Below are positions 61,561-64,000 of a DNA stretch of 64,000 nt, piece after piece. The stretch is from assembly GCA_036172245.1 (NCBI GenBank), contig JAYWIR010000006.1, positions 3,906,001 to 3,970,000 of the forward strand. Direction: 5' to 3'. Below the pieces are notes generated by a model. That model saw only the letters and a list, made by a program, of their open reading frames with translations, did not search any database and was not told the DNA's origin. The stretch comes from Raillietiella orientalis (Eukaryota). A program made the translations under genes and the position numbers. The stretch's first letter is position 1. Every line of letters starts with the position of its first letter.

Positions 61561-64000
61561 GCGGCGCTTGTCGCCTTCCGAGTCGTCCACGACCCCAGAA
61601 GTTTCGTCTTCGCTGCTGTGCAGCACGTCGCTTCCCAGCTGCCGGTATTACGCTGTTCCTTGCGTCCCTTAGGGAGGGCAGCACTGGGGCAAGGGGGTTA
61701 AACGGCTTGGGGTGATGGAAATCCTCTGAGGTCCTTCTGTTTTCGCTGCTTCCCTTCCTGCCTTTCTTTTGGAGGGGGGTTCTTTTTTGTGGTTCTCAGG
61801 GAGGGCTGAAGGATCGCTGTCCTCCCTCAGGGGGGGCTCACCGAACTCTTGAACGCCGCCCACGCCGCCCGGGGTTGCGTGTCACCCTATGTTATAGGAG
61901 GCAACCGCGTAGAGACTGCTCTGTGAAGTTAGGAAGGTTCTGGAGGTAGATAGGTAACAAATGGTGTATAGATACTGAGGTAGATACGTAATAAAAGTAA
62001 GATGAAGAAGTGGGAAAACAATTGGTAAAGGTTGGGAATTGAAATAAATGTTTCCTCATATATAGCAGTGTTGTATCCAAGAAATCTTTCTTAGCAGGGA
62101 AAGAAAGGATAAGCTGAACAGTCAGGTTGAATTGGTTTTATAGAAGAAATGTAAAAGTAATGAAAAGATGTATAAAGGAGATGGCAGTATTTATGAGTTT
62201 ACTAAGGCTGGATGTATATAAGTCATCCTTTGATCTTCAGGATGATTATATTGATGAATGGAGCTGTAGAATTTTGTATAGAAGTGATAGTGCCTTAAAT
62301 GAAATGGACTGAGTTAGTTGAACATGCAAAAAGTATGGATTAAGAACAGTAAATTCACTTGTATCAAATGCTGAATGGCACATAAACATTTGTCATTGAT
62401 TAGTAAATTTTGTAGTTGTCATGGAGATGGATGATTTTAATAGGAAAATTGTGTCATCAAGTTGATAGAGCAAAAAAAGGTCATAAGTATTTTGAGAAAG
62501 GGAAGAAAAGGTTTGAACTGTAGCATGATGTTTGTAGTAACATGGGCTCAGGAAGCATAAGTAAAAATCAAGACTGGGTCAGAGAGTACAAAACTTCAAA
62601 CAGTGTTTGAGACTAGATTAATAGTGTTCCCTTGAATGTGAACCGTCTTGCTTGCGAGAAATTTTTGTTAATTTCTCTAATATGAAGAATACAGAAAGTG
62701 TTGATGCATTAGGGCCATATGGAGATAGACTTGTTGAGCAGTATAGGAGATGAGGAAGCAGAAAAAATCTCTTTTTTTTTAAAATGAGGTTTAAGAAGCA
62801 ACAGAGAAAGAGAGGACTGGTCTGTTAGAGTTTGAGTTTTGAGGAGATCAATTGCTGTGTCTGTGGAATGAGCAGCTAAGGATTTTTATGGTAGATTGCC
62901 TGGCACCTATTGTTTTGTGCTGTGGGTAAAAATTCTTCGTAGTGAGGGTGCTGAAATGTTTGGAGGGGTGTTGAAAGACCAGCGGCAGTGGCATGGTGGA
63001 CATCAAATATCCAGTACTTACTGTTGATTCAGGTGTGACTTCTATTGAAGAATGATTGGGCTACATGAAATCATGGTCAACAGATGCAATAGTAAAATGG
63101 ATACCATAGTAGTGAAATAGTGTAATTGAAGTGACAGTTGTTTATTTTTGCGTATGAGCGAATTCAGTTGTAATGTGTGTTTTCATTATAGTGCATACAT
63201 GAAAGTAGAGTTTGTGGTTGAAAGATCCATGTGTGTGTGGAAGCATTCTGATTTGTGATGATGCAGATAGCAATGGGACTAAGGGTGAGAACCATATGAG
63301 GAGCAAACCATCGCCCTGAGGTGGTGGGAGTTAGGAATAACTGTCTCTTCCATTGCTTTAATTTTCTTTTTTTTTGTGCGCGTTTTGGACCACATTGAAA
63401 AGAATTGTAATTGTTTTCCTGAGTTATGCGTTGGAGGCCTCATCTGGATTTGGATGGATTGCTTGGCAAGATCGAGTTCTTCGAATTTTGCGGTTTTGGA
63501 AAGTGGCGTCGGGGACTGCACAAAGAATTCTATTTTCGTGTGTAGTGGCACTTCTGAATGCTGAAAAGTTTGTAAGAAGAGCTGTAGATTCCAAACCAAA
63601 CTGTTTTTCCACCTTTTCCTCCAAGTGTCTCGTATCTCATTAGATTCCTTAGTAGCTGAATGGAAACACAGAAGACTGATTCTCCGGGTCTTCGTCCGAT
63701 ATTTGTTTGCCAAATCCTTTGTTCTCTGATAGCAAACGCAGTTCCGAGTAAACACCAGGTTCATCCTGCTTTCAGTGGTCCAGCAGCGTCATTCAAATCC
63801 GATCGCAGAGTACATACATTCTGCCACTTTCTTTGCTGCCCAGATTGTAAATTTCCGTTCTTCCGTGCTTCAGGATTCTAAATCCGTCCGTCGACCGAAA
63901 ACTCAGGGATGGAAAATTGCGTGAAGGCTCATTACCGTCTTACCGGATGTTTCATCTTGCACTCCAAGAAAGGACTTTGTTGTTAAGACCTATTGCAATA

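Noticed and set aside
61890..63250. Purine-rich AT-rich tract as a LINE ORF or gene
   Set aside because: Strand skew is suggestive, but there is no open frame or convincing RT motif.
1..64000. CRISPR arrays, prokaryotic operons or defence systems
   Set aside because: The sequence is intron-containing animal DNA, and no regularly spaced direct repeats were seen.

Overview
Eukaryotic animal (invertebrate) genomic DNA, not prokaryotic: there are no operon, CRISPR or rRNA features, and most listed ORFs are spurious products of GC-rich sequence. Very short introns (46-60 nt) with TTTCAG/TTCCAG-type acceptors would fit a nematode-like lineage, but I cannot fix the taxon. By manual splicing I support five protein-coding genes. 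(1) A vesicular glutamate transporter (VGLUT/eat-4/SLC17A6-8 family, +, about 15.3/17.3-34.6 kb) with at least 11 exons and a probable GC-AG last intron. (2) A 3-exon microprotein gene of the SMIM20/MITRAC7/phoenixin-precursor family (+, 46764-47053), missed by the ORF track. (3) APC/C subunit 4 (ANAPC4, +, 47066-49250), whose ATG lies only 12 nt after, and in frame with, the SMIM20 stop. (4) An RRM + CCHC zinc-knuckle SR splicing factor (SRSF7/9G8-like, +, 50238-52446). (5) An achaete-scute/hlh-4-like bHLH gene (-, 55742-55024). Directly upstream of SMIM20 is an about 5.2 kb AT/T-rich, CpG-poor, ORF-less tract with micro-exon-like splice signals and many stem-loops. The most interesting candidate system is a single transcription unit made of a structured non-coding (snoRNA-host-like) leader plus a bicistronic SMIM20-ANAPC4 mRNA. 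The rest contains decayed L1/Tx1-like retrotransposon fragments, a perfect 216-bp inverted duplication and microsatellites.
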